DNA from: Eledone cirrhosa
Lineage: Eukaryota
Assembly (NCBI GenBank): GCA_964016885.1
Contig: OZ024741.1
Location: 325,314,001-325,378,000 of the forward strand
Reading direction: 5' to 3'
DNA: 64,000 bases
Shown here: in pieces, positions 62,513 through 64,000 of the stretch
How the letters are laid out: each line of letters starts with the position of its first letter
Position numbering within the stretch: the stretch's first letter is position 1
Notes under the pieces: model-generated
Database searches by the model: none
Told to the model about the DNA's origin: nothing
The model's input: only the letters and a program-made list of their open reading frames with translations
Made by a program: the position numbers and the translations under genes

Positions 62513-63157
62513 CAAAGATTACTTGTATCTATAATTCAACTTCTTTGGCCTAAATCAATGGGTGGCAGTAGTTCCAGCTGCACGTATCGAAAGATTGGTG
62601 TAGTGGTTCTGAGAACAATGCGGCTTTGCAGATGATTAATGAAAATTGACAATGGAAAGGCGCTCTCGCTCGAGTTAGAAGAGAACTATTGAGCTCCAGG
62701 AGAAGCAGCGACCTCTGATTGTATTCAGCAAACGAAACAAACATGAAGTACACCAAATCCAATGCTCCTAGGGGCGGCCCTAGTTCTTCTTGTCCTCGCC
62801 ACACTACAAAGTCTACACAGATTCATGAATGTGCTCTCCCAAAGCCGAAAGGAAAGTTAGTACAGAATGGCAGTAGATCAAAAAGCAGACTGCTGACCTG
62901 CAACAGTATACTAACGTAGCAACTATAATTCAAAGGGATCAGCATTGTCACATAATATGTCATGCTGAATCTCCCAGAGAACTATGTTGAGGAAGCGCGT
63001 CATTTGAAAGTCTTTTTCACGAGGAGGCTGTTCCGCTGATCAAAACAACTGGAACACCCGTCGTGGTCAGAACGACCAGATGTCAAACAACTGAATGCAG
63101 CCATACGGTCGAGATATTTCATTGCCATTCTGTAACTTGATACGTCGACCCCCGTAA

Positions 63158-63167
63158 CACACACACA

Positions 63168-63262
<95 letters not shown>
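63158..63262. repeat. (CA)n microsatellite
   Basis: Direct reading. Confidence 0.97.
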
Positions 63263-63266
<4 letters not shown>

Positions 63267-63637
63267 CACACGCGCTCGGCGTTGTAAATTAAATGAATTT
63301 GCGTTAGTAGATTTAATCTGGTGAGCAATAAATATCTAAACTAAAATTACTTTTCTTAATTACAAGTTGTTCCTTCCAGCTCAGAGATCACTAGATACTA
63401 ACTTGCTGGACGAGCTATCGTCTCAAAGGAATTGACATCGAGAGGTTGTGTAAAGTTTATACGTTACATACCTAAGGTTTTTGTAGTTGCCAAGTGATTG
63501 GGTTTCATTCTGGGCTACAAGATTTATTCGTGATATGTAAAGGCATTTCGGATGATGAACATATACACAGCAATATGTCCTTATAACCACTGCATGACAC
63601 ACTGGATCAGGTCATATATTGGGTGTTGAGGTGTGTA

Positions 63638-63677
<40 letters not shown>

Positions 63678-64000
63678 AAAGGCAAGTTTCGATATAGCAC
63701 CGTGTAGCGCCGGAAACTTCTGTAAATGAAATTGAAAATTGAATGAAACGATACAAACGGAACAAACAATATCCGGTCTTCAGCCGTCCGTTTTTGGCGC
63801 TGACATGAGAAGAACGAAGCAAACAACACATTGCAATGAAGAAATTTATTAGTTTTACGCTTGATGCAGAAAGAAAAGAATCTTTATGTTTCGGAAATTA
63901 GTCCTTCATCTCGGGATCGAATGAGAAATAAAAGATCAAATAGAAAGACAGAGAATAAGCACTTGTGTATTCAGTCAGCCATTTTGGTTGAATGGCTATA

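Noticed and set aside
62575-62900. Possible LINE RT relic (GFADD..LQEK)
   Set aside because: A single weak motif amid many stops; not supportable by eye.

Overview
AT-rich, microsatellite-dense eukaryotic DNA with no supportable host gene. The SINEs and repeat landscape look cephalopod/Octopus-like, which is my inference. About 40 kb is two head-to-tail arrays (1-13985 and 23924-~50480) of at least 12 copies or fragments (E1-E12) of L1/Tx1-type non-LTR retrotransposons from about 5-6 subfamilies. All lie on the + strand, are inserted in (TATC)n, and end in AATAAA..GAAA-(TATC)n with no poly(A). The most unusual signal is splice-like. In all 6 copies that keep the ORF1/ORF2 junction, the ORF1 stop codon (TAA, TGA or TAG) sits inside a consensus 5' splice donor, AG|GTRRGT. 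All 9 retained ORF2 ends stop at an acceptor-like TAG|G. This suggests ORF2 may be spliced out as an intron to give an ORF1-only mRNA, which is untested. The elements also share a covarying multi-hairpin 3' UTR and a conserved C-terminal ORF1 domain I do not recognise. The rest of the window holds two Penelope-like elements, several minimal hammerhead-ribozyme motifs (often in inverted pairs), tRNA-derived SINEs, mariner-type MITEs, CRE and RTE LINE fragments, and simple repeats.
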